From: Mytilus californianus
Lineage: Eukaryota
Direction: 5' to 3'
Length of the DNA stretch: 64,000 bases
NCBI RefSeq assembly: GCF_021869535.1
Contig: NW_026262581.1
Span: forward strand, 109,988,001-110,052,000
In this document: one piece after another, positions 1-19,859 of the stretch
How the letters are laid out: each line of letters opens with the position of its first letter
Numbering within the stretch: the stretch's first letter is position 1
Position numbers and translations under genes: made by a program
Notes under the pieces: model-generated
Databases searched by the model: none
What the model saw: the letters and a program-made list of their open reading frames with translations, nothing else
What the model was told of the DNA's origin: nothing

Positions 1-574
1 TGTTGTGAGGGAGAAAATTTATGGCTTTAATTATCTCATCACACCTCCAGTTAGTATATTTAGCATATTTACCTTTCTCGTTTAAGAAAAAGGCTTTATA
101 AGAGCTGCAGCAAATAAATTTGCAATCAGATTTATCGGTCGACAATTTAATTAAATAGGAAAACTTTTGTTTGATAAGATTGTGTGGGAGTGTAGTGTAA
201 AGAGTGGAAAAGTCAAAACTGTCAACCAAATCAAAAGGACCATCAAAAGCACGTAATCTATTTAAAACATCAAAAGAATTTTTTAACTCCAAAAATGGTT
301 AATTCCACTATTTTAATATGTTTTATTACAAAAATTAATGATCAGTTTTTTTTATAGTAGCTAAGAAACACGTTAAAGGCACTGAAAGTCTAGTAGTAGA
401 AGACTTACTAGAGGCCGAGATGAAACGATATTTTACGGGTTTTTTGTATAGTTTAGGTAACCAATACATAGTGGGGACCGTCAAATGTTCAGAAGAGCTG
501 TGGTTGTGACATGATTATTTCAGTTTATTTTCGACTTTTGATTTGAACGTCCCTTTGGTATCTTTCGCCTCTCT

Positions 575-845
575 TATTAAAGTGAAAATAAAAGTAAACT
601 TAATTTTTATAGTTTGTTCTTATGTTGTGTTGTTACACCACTGTTCTAGGTTAAGGGTGGGATGAGCGCTCACAAACATGTTTAACCCCGCCGTACTATG
701 TAGTGCCTTTCCCAAATCATGAGCCTGTAGTTCAGTGGTTGTCGTTGGTTCATGTCTGTCAATTGCTTACATACACTTATTTGAACTTTGGTGGATAGTT
801 GTATCATTGAAAATCATACCTCATCTCCTTATTTTTATATTAACT
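575..845. repeat. Fragment of an abundant interspersed repeat family; related copies at ~1245-1565 (opposite orientation), ~14320-14480, ~14925-14992, ~22060-22500, ~58210-58700
   Basis: Shared blocks 'gttacaccactgtc...catgtttaaccccgcc...cctgtaattcagtggttgtc' and 'ttgtctcattggcaatcataccacatct' recur at these positions. Confidence 0.75.
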
Positions 846-919
846 ACGAGAGAAAAAAAAGCAGCTACAAAATCAAATAATAGAAAGCTTACATTACAGA
901 ACCACAGTTACAAAATAAT

Positions 920-1220
920 GACTACATATGTGAAGTTCGTAAACTACTTGCAGATAGAAGAAAAACAAAAACATAACAAAAATACCAAACTCCATGTAAA
1001 TTCAAAAAGGGGAAGTCCATAAAAACTAACAAAGTCAAATGCCATCAACCAACGGAACGAGTGAAAACAACTGTCACATTCTTGACTTGGTACAGGCATT
1101 CTCCAAAGAAAATGGCGGGTTAAACCTGATTTTATAGCTTGAGTTACAGTTGTTTATAGTTCCGCTATATTGACAATAATTGGGATCCAGCAGCCAAAAC
1201 TGTGGAAACATACATCACAG
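920..1220. repeat. Interspersed repeat fragment; related copies at ~26900-27150 (same orientation) and ~35720-35900 (inverted)
   Basis: Shared 'aataccaaactcc...aacggaac.agtgaaaacaactg...gttaaacctg.ttttatagct' block. Confidence 0.7.
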
Positions 1221-1689
1221 ATATACAACACAACAAACTAGAGGCTATAAAGAGATATAGGAAGATGTGGTATGAGTGCCAATGAGACAACTCTCCATCC
1301 AAGTTACAATTTATAAAAGTAAACCATTATAGGTCAAGGTACGGCCTTCAACACGGAGCATTGGCTCACACCGCACAGCAAGCTATAAAGGGCCCCAAAA
1401 AATTACTAGTGTAAAACAATTCAAACGGAAAAACCAACGGTCTAATCTATATAAAAACGAGAAACGAGAAACACGTATGAACTACATAAACAGACGACAA
1501 CTACTGTAATCAGATTCCTGACTTGGATAGGTGCAAACATTTGCAGCGGGATTAAACGTTTTAAAAGAGAATGTTTTACTCACTTGCATGTATATGCATT
1601 TTAAACAATGGCTACTCTCAAACGTTAAAGACTAGAATAAAACTCTTTTTTGTTGATTTGTATTACGGGTCATGTCATGTTTTCTGTTT

Positions 1690-2585
1690 CCATTTTCTCT
1701 CTATCTACTATAGTTTTTGCCTAAAATACAAAAAAAAATGGATAAAATCGTCATTCAAGGTTGATAACTTTTATAAGAAGTGTAATTTTAGCTTTGTTGA
1801 CACATTTGTAGATCATGTCTTGCTCATTATTTTTGCTGTTTACAGTTTTTCTATATCGATTATAGTTTTTGCATAATATGCAAAAGATAGGGTAAAATCC
1901 TCATTGATTGACAATAACGTCTTTAAGGATATACATGTTGAATTTGCATATCTTGTCTTGCTGGTCACTTTGGATGTTAACAATTTTTCTATATCTACTA
2001 TAATTTTGGCCAAATATGCAAAAAATAGGTAAAAATCACAACGATTTCGGTCATGTTGACAAATTTGTAGATCTTGTCCTGCTGATCATTTTTTTTCTAT
2101 TTTAAGTTCTCTTTATCAAATTCTCAAGATAATAAGCAAAAGCGCAAAACAATTGGCAGAAATCCTCATTTAGGGGCAATAACTCTAATAAGGAGTCGAC
2201 TCACTATTTAAGTCATATTTGACTGATTTGCAGATCTTGTCTTGTTGATCATTGTTGATATTTGAAGCTTTAGATCAAGTATAGAATGCGTACGTGTAGT
2301 TCCATCGGCAGTATACAACTTAGAGTTTTGAGTAAATCGGTTTTTATTAGATTAAAGTTAGACAGGTTGTCTGGTATAGACAAGTTAACAGGTCGACAAG
2401 TTGATAGGTTAATAGGCAAGATCATTGGGACATATTATGTAAACAAGATAGCCAAGTTTGATTCTTATTAGTCTAGTAGTTATAGAGAAGATTTTTGTAA
2501 AAGTTGACAGACGTGGTTAAACGACGATGGACGCAAAGTGATGAAAATAATACACTTGACTCTTTGGGTCTGGTGAGCTTAAAAT
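1690..2585 (-). mobile_element. Degenerate Helentron-associated (HINE/pearl-type) non-autonomous element with internal tandem units
   Basis: Repeated 'gttgacaaatttgtagatcttgtc.tgctgatcatt' units, 'ggggcaataactc' motif, and the end 'gacgatggacgcaaagtgatg...ctttgggtctggtgagcttaaaa' typical of this class. Confidence 0.6.
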
Positions 2586-3188
2586 AACTCGACAAATTCG
2601 AAAACTTTTAAGAGACGTATAATCATCATCATCATCAGACGACGACGATATTTAAAATATAGATAAAGTATATAAATAACAATCTGATGTAAACCAAATC
2701 TCTCACTGTTCCGTTATATTTTTATTATGTCCTCCATGGCGAGACATCCAAAAAACAACCGAGCAGAAATGTGAGTGATCCGGTTTTAATCAGATTTTTA
2801 TAGGATAATGCTTGGCTTGAGATATCATACTAAACGATTTTAAAATACTTCACTGTATAAACACATCTCGATCAATCAATGTTCGCCTAAGCCACAAACA
2901 AATACAAAAAATGTTTGTATTATATACAAGGACAGTTCGTACTCATAAAATCTTTTCATCGTCAATATAGTGTTAAATCAAGTGAAAATTATTTGTTCAA
3001 AACATTGTAACTTTTTGCACAAATTTACGTTTTAAAATTTTATTTACATTTATTCAACTGCCCTGAAAAGCGTAATGTCGATGAAAATGAATCTTGCCCA
3101 GTAACGGATGCTTACTTGTTATCAGTATCATTTGTTGTTTTAATGTAAAATCAATCGTTACAGTTCAGATCAGTTCAATCCAGACAGA

Positions 3189-9759
<6,571 letters not shown>

Positions 9760-10694
9760 ATTTTTATTGAAAAATAACGAGGAACAAATTTGCATGTCCG
9801 GCGTAAAATGTTATATGGAAAGTATAATGATGTTAATGAATCATCAACAAACAGTAACACTGGATTTTGATTTTCCTACAGTGCTAGAATATTTTACTAA
9901 TAATCTTTACAAACCACATAACTAAAGGTAGTGATCTCAACCAGTATGAACAGGGCCAATAAACATTAAAATAGGAAAGGCGTAGAATAAAAAAGAAAAC
10001 AAAACAAACCTATAACCTGCCAACCCAGAGGCTGAGCACAAGAATTCATCCCCACTATTGGTCGAATTCTTGTTACCCAACATTTAGTTTTCTAGTTAGT
10101 GTTTTGTGCACATCGTGTTGCTTGTCTTTTCGTCTATTTTGATATTTTTGCCAGGGCGTTGTCCGTCATTAGGAAAAATAACAAGGAAAATGCATTATAC
10201 CTTTTATTACTAAGAAAACACTAAATATACATAATAAATAGTAACAATAATAAATAATAAATATCAAATCTAAATAAATAATGGTAAAAATAATTAAAGT
10301 AAACAAATATTTACATCAATATAAAAAAATTGTGCCCTTCATAGAAAATTTCTTCTGATGTGAGGTAATAATGAACACTTAATGCATTTATAATATACAT
10401 AATTATTCATAAATTTGAATTTTTCACTTAATCTACAATTTGTTAATTTAAGGTATATGAACACAAGTATACTTATAACTGAATGTGTGCTACAACTTAC
10501 TATAATCGTAACTGTGAAGGATGTCATCAGTTGTTGAGTAAATACTCTTCAACTCTTTTTTGATTACTCGCACCGCGCATTTACAGGTTCTATAAACTTA
10601 ATTGAATTTAAAAAAAGTGTTTTATATATATATTTATTTTAACACAATGCTTTGCAGTAACCTTCTTTGTTTAAAATCATGGATAAAGAGTTAT

Positions 10695-11476
10695 TAATCA
10701 AAGTACTGAAGTACTGAACATCGGATGACCACAAGTTCTTGAGGATGGTCAAAAGCACTTGTCTCAGAAAAAAACAACATATCTCTTTACCTGAAACTGA
10801 GGTTAATGTACAGAGATATATTTTTTTCTGAGACAAGTTCGTGCGAGGATGATGAATAAATGACAGGAAATTCAACTTCACCGTAATAACTATTATATTG
10901 TAGTGATACAAATCAGTATACACTGATTTGTTGTTTATATTATATTAAAATAACAGTTACATATATATGATTTGAATCCATTTGTATATCATTCTATTCT
11001 ACTATTCTAAAAATAGTGCAATGCAAGTGCATGGTGGACACTTTTCTGTAAAAATTCGATTTTTCTAAGATTGGATACGAGTAGGCATTCATATTTTCCC
11101 GCAAAAACAATTACAGAGTTACCGGTCCTTGACGGTATTTTCACAAAACGTTCTTTGAGATATTCTTCCGCATGCTTTAACACAATTTTTCGGTACGTGT
11201 GCATTGATATTATCAATGATTTTTTACTTATATATATATATCTAACTACAAAACATTTTCATATTATTAATTTATGTTGTTAACAAAAATATTTTTATCG
11301 GTATTCATTGAAGAGATGTATTTATATCAAACGATAAGGAATGTTATTTTGCACTCGTTTATGTGCGCATATTTATCATGTTTATAGATCGGTTACAAAC
11401 CCAAAACTAATTTACATAATGGAAATCTAGGCGATAGCAATACATCGCAAATGACCTCAAGGTCATCGCGATGTAA
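10695..11476. repeat. ~780-bp segment, inverted paralogue of 22589..23470; contains internal IR 10757..10838 and a terminal hairpin near 11442..11476
   Basis: Ends taatcaaagtactgaagtactgaacatcgg and ggtcatcgcgatgtaa are reverse complements of the ends of 22589..23470; colinear similarity throughout. Confidence 0.9.
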
Positions 11477-11496
11477 AAAGCACATATTGCCAATAC

Positions 11497-11558
11497 CAAA
11501 GACATATAGTACTAGTATTATGTATCTGTACTATATGTCTCTGTACTATATGTCTCTG
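11497..11558. mobile_element. 62-bp palindromic mini-element (CAGAGACATATA family) with 7-bp TSD-like flanks
   Basis: caaagacatatagtac...gtactatatgtctctg with the right arm duplicated; flanks ccaatac / gcaatac. Confidence 0.6.
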
Positions 11559-11755
11559 GCAATACCAATTATACACATTTTCTCCATTTGACAGATCAGT
11601 TGTAATAATTTTTTTTTTATTTTGAGAGTGATTTCTAGCGACAACAGTGGAACGACATTAATTTTCTTCATTTTTTTCGTTTCGAATTGTAAAATGAAGA
11701 TAATTTCTTATTGACAACTTTCATTGACAAGAAATTCAGTGTCCTGAATGACTGG

Positions 11756-12299
11756 TCAGGGTTCTTCTGTATCGTTCAAATGTTTACCAAGACTATGAAA
11801 AGAATCTGTGTCGCTGAATGGTTCTTCGTCGTCGTCCGCAAATTTTATTTGATCCATTATTCTATGATCAAAGTGCATCCCCTTTCTTTTGTCGCTGCTT
11901 TTAGAATGTGGTCGTGCTGGTTCTTCTTCCAGTTTTCCATCGACAGATAGTATTGGATTGGCTGACAGTTGATCTTGTAATTCTCTCAGAAATAGATCGG
12001 CGGGTAACCCTGCTAAAATGAAATATAAAATATCATTAATTTGACCTAAAATTTAATTTCCCCTTTCCTAGGGACCTAATGATTATGATTAAACTTAAAT
12101 ATTGTTCAATTCTTGAAAGACTGTTATGTTGCACGGGGAAACTAGATGTTTATGTTGATGTCTTAAGAGGTAATTTTTCGTTCTACTTGTCTATCCTATT
12201 GTATAGTGTATTTTCTGATTGATTGTTGGCTACATAAACTCTCGTATTGTACAGTCAGCTGCTGATATTAATAAGGACAGTAAAATAGAAGTGATTGTA

Positions 12300-12330
<31 letters not shown>

Positions 12331-15300
12331 GCTTGCTTAACGTTCAGTGGCAAGGGGATTGTAGACGTAATGAGAGTAATGAATTTGTCATATATTGCGC
12401 ATATGGATCAGTTCATTCTGTGTTCGTGAAACCAGTAGAGTATTTGTCAGAGATGAAGGAGTTAAAAGTCTCCATACTCTCTATTTTTTTTTTCATCTGC
12501 AAAGATTTCCAAATGATCTTATAAAAAAAATCAGGAAAAATCGGTATCTAGTACTGTCTAGTACTATCTAGTACCTTAATTGTTATTTTCTAAACCTAGT
12601 CTTTCTTTTGTAAAATATTACTAACAGATCTTCATTTGGTTACATATTGCAGACCATAATTGTATTATAATTATTAATGAGTATTGTTTTGTATGACGCC
12701 CGGTCCGACAGAACGGGAACATCAACTCTTTAGTCTTGCGATTGAAATTTCTTATTTAAATCTTTGCATATTTTCAGATTAATTATTCAACTTAATGTGA
12801 AAAATGACAATACTAAACAATAAGGATTGATACACCGGTTATCTTTTTTATTCAGTATAAATGTATATTTGCATCAGTTCCTTTGACGCTAATACTACAA
12901 CAGCTTGTTCGAATCAATATATCATGCTGTGTAATATTAGAGAATATATTTGATACCACTATATCATGAAAGGTAAGTTGAAGTTTTTCCGAAGTGTAAT
13001 CAACACTTCTATTATTACATTGACTGTATAAATAAAATGATCACATGAGCCTGACTCGTACACCTGACAAATTTACCACCTAATTGTTCAAGAGAAGATC
13101 ATAATTTCTGACATATTTAACTACAGATGATTTTAACTTTTTGCCTTGTACTATTGTTTTTAATTGGTGAGTCAGAATTGTATGTTTGCTTCTGATGGAA
13201 ATGTTTACCAAATGAGGATCGTTTTTAGAAGATAATATATATTTCATTTCTGAAAATTTTTGTTAAATTGCTTAAAATATTTTCCGGTTTTCGATAGCAT
13301 TTTCTATACGACTTCGATAGGGATAAAGAGGGGTTGTAATATTTGTGAGCTAGTTTAAAGGCCCACCAACTTATACCCTGCTAAGTGCTAGGAATGTCTG
13401 TGTGTACACTCTTTATACCGGAATATGTTTCGGTTACAGATGTGGATGGTATTGCCGTAACAAGAACCTTTATTGCCGTCTACTTAAGAAAAATGATTTT
13501 GAATATAAAAATGTATATTACCAGAGATGTAGTCTCCGCGCATTGCAGCATCTACGGCAGCATAAATATGATCCCCGAGTATTTGTCTGTGAACGTGCTG
13601 AAAGGAAGGAAACATTATGAATTATATTATAGTATTTTAATAATGGTCGTTTTAATAATGGCCCTGTTATATGTCTACGGTCTATAATTATGACCTGAGA
13701 ATGTTTGTAATGGCAACTCAGTGTGACATTTCAGCCTACAAGACCATTGTTACTATCCGAATACATAAAAAATTACTTACTACAGTTATTAACCAACTGA
13801 GAAAAAAATATTGCTAAAATGCCCAGGTTGAACTAGAATACTTGTTTAAGTGGATGAAAACTTTTTTGCACAATTTTTTTCCAAGTTACTTTTATTCAAA
13901 AGTGTCTTTGTTGTATATCAATCGATGTTGTTGATATTCTTCTTTTTGTTTCTTTAGACATGCTGTTTATATTTACGGCGTATTCTAAAGAACAGCCAGT
14001 AGAAAAATAAACTAACTAGGTACGTGAGGAGTTTATTACAATGGAAATTCTGTTTTCATTTTAGTTTTATTTTCATTATTACTATTTTCCAGAACGTTTT
14101 ATCTTGAACTTATAATCAGTAATGTCCGCGCGGAGAACGTGCAAAAAATGAATAGTTCCACGTGCAATTCTCAGTGTTTGCACGGCAGGAAATGTATTGC
14201 CACGACATTCTCCACTCAGGATGCTACAATAACCACATAACCAAAAACATATTCATAATTCATTGTTATGTATATATATGGCCGGAAAAATAGCATAATA
14301 GCAGAGTTCTTTTTTAGTCGTTTCACATTCTGTCATCTTTGAACCTTTGATAGCTTACTATGGGCTGGGTTTTGCTCAAACATGAAGACCGTACTATAAC
14401 CAGTAGTTGTTCACGTACGTATCCTTTGATCTTCAGTATTTAGTTGATTCTTTGGCAATCATACCACATCTACTTATTTTCTATAAAGTGTTATGATAAC
14501 AATTCAAAAAATGACTTCTTTTTTCCATTTTTGGATGTTAGTGAGAAGTCATAAAAATCGCTTTATCACACAGCAGATAGACACATGATCATTGTTAAAG
14601 GTTATCCAGCTGTAACAGATATGAAACATATTTTTTGTTGTATATGTATATAATACTACGTCAGTACCTTTTCCTTGGACCATTTCAACAAATTGACAAT
14701 AGAAATAAGTTGATCTTCCATTGACAACAGCCGGCTACATTCTATTTCAACAGCCTCTAACTGGAACTGGGTACTAGACATGTGTTTTCTACACGACGAA
14801 AGGTCACTGCGGAGTCGTTCAATTTCCTTTAAAAGATAATGAAAAAATGAAGCATAGAAGTATATGGAACACATATATGATCCATCATATCATATGGAGT
14901 CTTATCTAAAATGAACATGTTTACTTTTATAAATTGTGACTTGGATGGAGAGTTGTCTCATTGACACTCATACCACATCTTCTTATATCTATGTGCTTTT
15001 CAGCAAACAAGAATAAAGCTGCAGTTTAATATATATATATGTTAAAATAAACATTTGTTTTAATAGAATAAAATTTTAATCTGTCTATATTTTATGTACA
15101 CTTGAAAATGAATGAAAATAATTATTATTGTTATTTTCAAGTGTTAAACAAACTCATGGTATGAAAATATAAGTTTTCCCTTTTTTTCCTAGCCTATACA
15201 TACCTGAGATTGTTCCGAATTAACTAATGATAGAGAATTTACATCTGCCTGTAACCTCATTAGCAGCTGTCGATCAGCCATTGGTGTTGGTGACATTGTG

Positions 15301-18300
15301 CCATTTGAATCCTCTCTACTTTGTCCGCATTCTTGGTAGTCATTTGATTTGTTTTCTTGGTCTTGGTTTTTATTGTACGTAGAAGTATGCAATGAGTTTT
15401 CACCATCACCTATTATACCAAAAGAATTGTGGGCTTGGTAATGTTGATACATCTTAGAGAACAATTTAAACATTCATACATCATATTTCATTTGCCGTGT
15501 GGTATACCTAAACTGTTATCTTGAAACTCTTTGACATTTAAAAAGTGAAAGACTGGTAAGAAAACAAAAAATTAAAACTAAATAATGAGAGTACAATATG
15601 AATAATATGACTAACTGAGCGTCTGTCGTGGTTTCGACCCCCGATAGGTCCAAAAGAAAGACTTTCATATTGATCGCTTTTATACTTCATTCATGAGCAC
15701 GCCGCATCTAAGAAATAAGAGAAAAGCATGGTCGACCTGGAGTCTAAATACTGTTTCCTGGCAGGGCTATACATGTCTTCATGCAGACATTTACCGTGTG
15801 AGCTATAACTTTGGCAATCAGATACAGCATGTCCTTATAGTATAATGAACATGCAAATAATAGTTGCCACTGGACATTAATCGCCAATCAATTAATCGAT
15901 ATATTAAGATATTGATTTAATACTGAAATAATACTTGCCATCGTAACCGTTGACAGAAGTTGATATAGATGAGGCATCTGACATCCAAGTGTTTATACCC
16001 GATGACAGACTATCAGCAACAGCTTGGAAGGTTTCCACTCTAAATGTAAATGAGAGAAAAATATTTATCTTTAGGAAACTTGAAACCATTGTTCTATTGT
16101 TACAAAATAAGATATTTTCTGAATATCACATACAATTATACCCTGCAGTTATAAATTTCACAAAAAAACAACGGTTTAACAAAAAGATTTGACAAAAATA
16201 TACACTTTTTATATATTTATAATTTGAATAATATAGAAGAAAAAGAAATAGCTACCGAAGCATTATAGACATACATGTTATGTAAAAGTATGCTGTCAAC
16301 AGTGGGAAGAGTTGACTGGGGTATAGAAATATGGACATATATGAGGGATATCCATTTGATTTTGTGTGATACATAAATGTATTAAATACTCAGCCACGTG
16401 CAGTCTTAATGAATACGTTAAGTCCGATGTCTCGTTATAGTAAGAGAAACACACGCCCCTGAACTCTTGTAACAACTCTATGAGGTCTATCAGGGATCTG
16501 TTGGTAGTTTCTCGGAAGGCAAAATTTCTGCCCCTATCCGTTATACTTTTTTTTAGTGACAGTCCAAATGTCCAGCCCTTCTAAACGGCGACCCAATTTG
16601 CAAAACCTATCTTTGGATCATTGTAAATTTGTTCTCGTCCTAAAAACGTACGAAATATTCGCCACTGGACATTAATCAAGCAATAATCAATCAATCAATA
16701 ACTTTCAGTGCACATGGCATGTGTCTCTGTATTCGTTGCCATCAGGTTGTGCTTAATAAAAAAAATTGTGTTTGAAATATCGTGGACCTTAGAGCATTGT
16801 GTATTTTCTCTTAATGTTACAGGCTAAAGACAAGTATTAAACTATTTAGAAATTACACCAACAGATTACAAGTTTCGATAAGAATGACATGTAAATTTTT
16901 CTACAGTTACATATTTTTTGTTGAAAGTCAAGTTCAAATTCATTCTTGAAAAGTCTCCCCTTATAGAAAATTAATGATTTTGATTGTTCTTGGTTGTGTT
17001 GTTCTAATTATTGCAGCTAGTTTTATTTTCAAACGTTTGGCTCAAAAATTTCTGCATGAAAACTAATCTAGAAATGCATTCAAACTGAGAAATTGTGATT
17101 CTGATATTATATCCCTTTTGGCAAACGAAATATTCGTAATAATTAAGTATTATAAAGACGAGTAAAATTTCAATGGATTAGTTGTGACCACAATTGTTGA
17201 TTGTTTACAAAACTAAAAAGAAGGGATCAGACTAAACGTAGTACCAGACTGAGTATAAATATATGAATTTCTTTAGAAGCTAGCGTAAAATGCATTATAT
17301 GAGGTACACAATATCCTCAGAACTTTACCCATGAAATGATACTAACAGTTAGTAAACAAGATAAAAATATGAATCACCACGGAGTATCTTACCATGCAAC
17401 ACGTGGAGATGGTATCATATTTATGTTTTAGCATGATCAAAAGCGCAATCTATCTTCTGGAATTCTTATCTTTTAATCACTTGGGATCATCGCTAATGAA
17501 ATGATTCAACTTAATAACTTGGTCTGGATGTAAAAATAGATTCCAATCAGAGAGTATACTTCTACGTAATAACATTTCAGATTTATTCATTTTGAGAATA
17601 AGATCATTTAACTTCAATATAGAAGACAAATGTTTTGCGATGAATTAATCACAACTGTTGATTTTATATCGAAAATGTTTGTTTCATTGATTGATTAGTA
17701 TTTTCTTAACGTTCAGTAGCAAATGTTTTATGTAGGACAATAAGTTAAATAAATCAACGATGTAAAGCGGGTCAACAGGTGGGACTGGGGGGTCGAAAAT
17801 TTGGACTACCACTCGTAAAAGAGAACTTTCAGTAAAAGGAAAGAACTTTGCCATGCTATATGCCAACTACGCAAAAGAGTTATTGTAAGAGTTTTTAACA
17901 TTCATGACACTCTTCAAGCACGAAGCATAAGATTCAAACTCATCATCCGATCGTGACTATATATACGTACTTATACATCCCTCACAGCCAAACGGACCAT
18001 ATTACTACACCCCAAATTTCCATCTGATTAGTTCATTTACTCTTCATTTTTATAACATATATCTTACTTTCTTGGGTACGACTATAAATGAAAGTATGAA
18101 AAAAATCTGTAGATTAATATTTCTTAATTCAAAATTTATTACAAACAGTCGTAGATTACATGATACCAACAACTAAAAGTAACATCAGTCATAAAGCGAG
18201 TTAGTAATAAAATATGACCTTTATTCGTGCTCAGCTAAAAAAAACGTTTGAAAGAAATGCTGTCTTACCTGTGTATAGATTCATCATCCGAGTTGTTTGC

Positions 18301-18993
18301 TGACGATAATCGACCGATACATTCTAAATCTTTAACTTTTGTCAAACATCTCTTCAAATTTTCACGTATTCGTTCGTAAACTTTTAGCATCTCATCATAT
18401 TTCTTTTCTAAGATGGCATTCTTTTCTTCCAAACTGCACATTTCTCTATCATTATCCAACAAATCATTTTGCAGTTTACTGTTAAAATGTAAGAGACTGC
18501 GAAGCTCCTTTTCTCGTACATCTCGAGCATATTTCAATTCCTGAGCTAAAATTTCCAATGGTGTCCCTTCGTGACTCTGGTTAAAATATGGTAAATCCCA
18601 TGGACAAGAAACCCGCTTATTATACTCGGGTTGTCTCTTTTCTGATTCGAAACTTCCTGGTTGGTCCGAAATAGCAATTTCATTTCGTTTCGATTGCTTT
18701 TCTCGATAAAATGCCGAAATGACGTCTCGAGGTGGTCGTCGTTGTGATCGGTCAACAGTCGAGCGTCGGTGAATTCCTACATAAGACCTCCTTAATCCGT
18801 CTTCATTTTGTTCTTCTTCTGCAGTTTCGAAAGAAATATCTTCAATGATACCTTTAATATCCTCTGCCAGGAGCTGAAGCTCTAACGGATTTCGCTTTAA
18901 TGGCGTTCGTCTATGTCTAGAAGTTCTTTGTGTTCTCTTGTTGTTTGGAGATCCAATCCTTAAAGTTTGCGGCCGTGGAGGTTTTTGATCCAT
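11756..18993 (-). CDS. Gene A: uncharacterised coiled-coil protein, ~507 aa; complement(join(11756..12012,13522..13597,14668..14826,15204..15409,15939..16039,18269..18993))
   Basis: The 242-aa ORF ends at an AG|GTAAGA donor. Downstream exons join in frame (phases 2,1,0,0,1): ...DESIH|RVETFQAVADS...NGYD|GDGENSLH...SEQSQ|EIERLRSDL...WSKEK|HVHRQILGDHIYAAVDAAMRGDYIS|AGLPADLFLRELQDQL...DTEEP*. Two heptad-rich regions. Intron 2 needs a GC donor. No family recognised; upstream exons are possible. Confidence 0.8.
12298..12350 (-). repeat. SINE 3' tail with (ATTG)n microsatellite; similar tail at ~17686-17740
   Basis: Reverse complement of 'gccactg.acgttaagcaa.caacaatcaatcaatc', the same tail as at 16660, 35060 and 15865. 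Confidence 0.7.
15618..15900 (+). mobile_element. Degenerate tRNA-derived SINE (Meta-domain-like, bivalve type)
   Basis: B-box-like 'ggtttcgacccc', central block resembling the MetaSINE consensus as I recall it, tail 'gccactggacattaatcgccaatcaattaatc'. Confidence 0.55.
16390..16700 (+). mobile_element. Degenerate SINE, same family as 34660..35104
   Basis: Shares 'ccgatg.ctcgt...agaga..acacgc...cttg.aacaactct.tgagg...aaatttctg.ccctatcc' and the (CAAT)n tail. Confidence 0.65.
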
Positions 18994-19859
18994 TGCTTAC
19001 TATTACAGGATATAGAAAATGCCTTTCATACCATTTTAAAAATTGCAGGGTGAATGAAACCATTTCAACATTACTCCCAATAATTAAGAGACGGAAATAC
19101 ACTTTGATGAATAACTAAGTTCGATGCGATGTTATCTAGTTGTATAAATATATAAGTCGCATCCTGTGGTTACAGAAATCATCTTTTTTATCTGCTTTTT
19201 TAAAGTCGAATCTATTATAAGGCACGTGCCAACAAGGTCGGAATAGAAAGATGTGAAATCTGATACAAAATGAGCGGAACCCCATACCGATACTTAGATA
19301 AGATATAGTCTATACTAATTAAGTAAGCAACAACTAATTCCTTCCTTAAATATATCAGAAAGCATGTTGCTGTGAAACAATTTTTCAAAATCATTTCAAT
19401 TTTCCAATAGAATATTTTCGCAACTTGTAGTTTTTAAAAGAAATTATAATTGGATACAAGTGTGTATGTGTATATTCCGTTATATGTGGCTGGATAAAGA
19501 AAACATTTCGTAAAAAATGTTTGATTTTATTTAATAATTTACACCAAGATATCATAAAACGTAATTGGATAACTTGATTTTATCATGATTTACCATAAAA
19601 TTAGATCAAATTGCTAAAAGACGTGCCCCCACTCACCCGCCCCCTAAATTTGATATCTATCTTTTTGCATTAATCATAATATCTTGATGTAAATTGGATA
19701 CACCCAATCGGACTAACGCCCTCATAGATATATCTAATACTTACGGTGCTTATATATTATAACTCGTTCGCTTTGCCCCTGTCCGTACTTACGTTTTAGA
19801 TTTCAATGATCGTAAGCAGTGTGTCACTGGTAAATTACTTGAAACCTGTACTAAATTCT

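Noticed and set aside
12856-12972. Possible + strand exon ending ATGAAAG|gtaagt
   Set aside because: No convincing downstream exon or ORF partner; could be chance or non-coding.
13402-13620. Cys-rich cationic + strand ORF (ICFGYRCGWYCRNKNLYC...) resembling an antimicrobial peptide
   Set aside because: No ATG or signal peptide and only a weak acceptor. It overlaps the minus-strand gene A exon 13522..13597, which explains the local composition.
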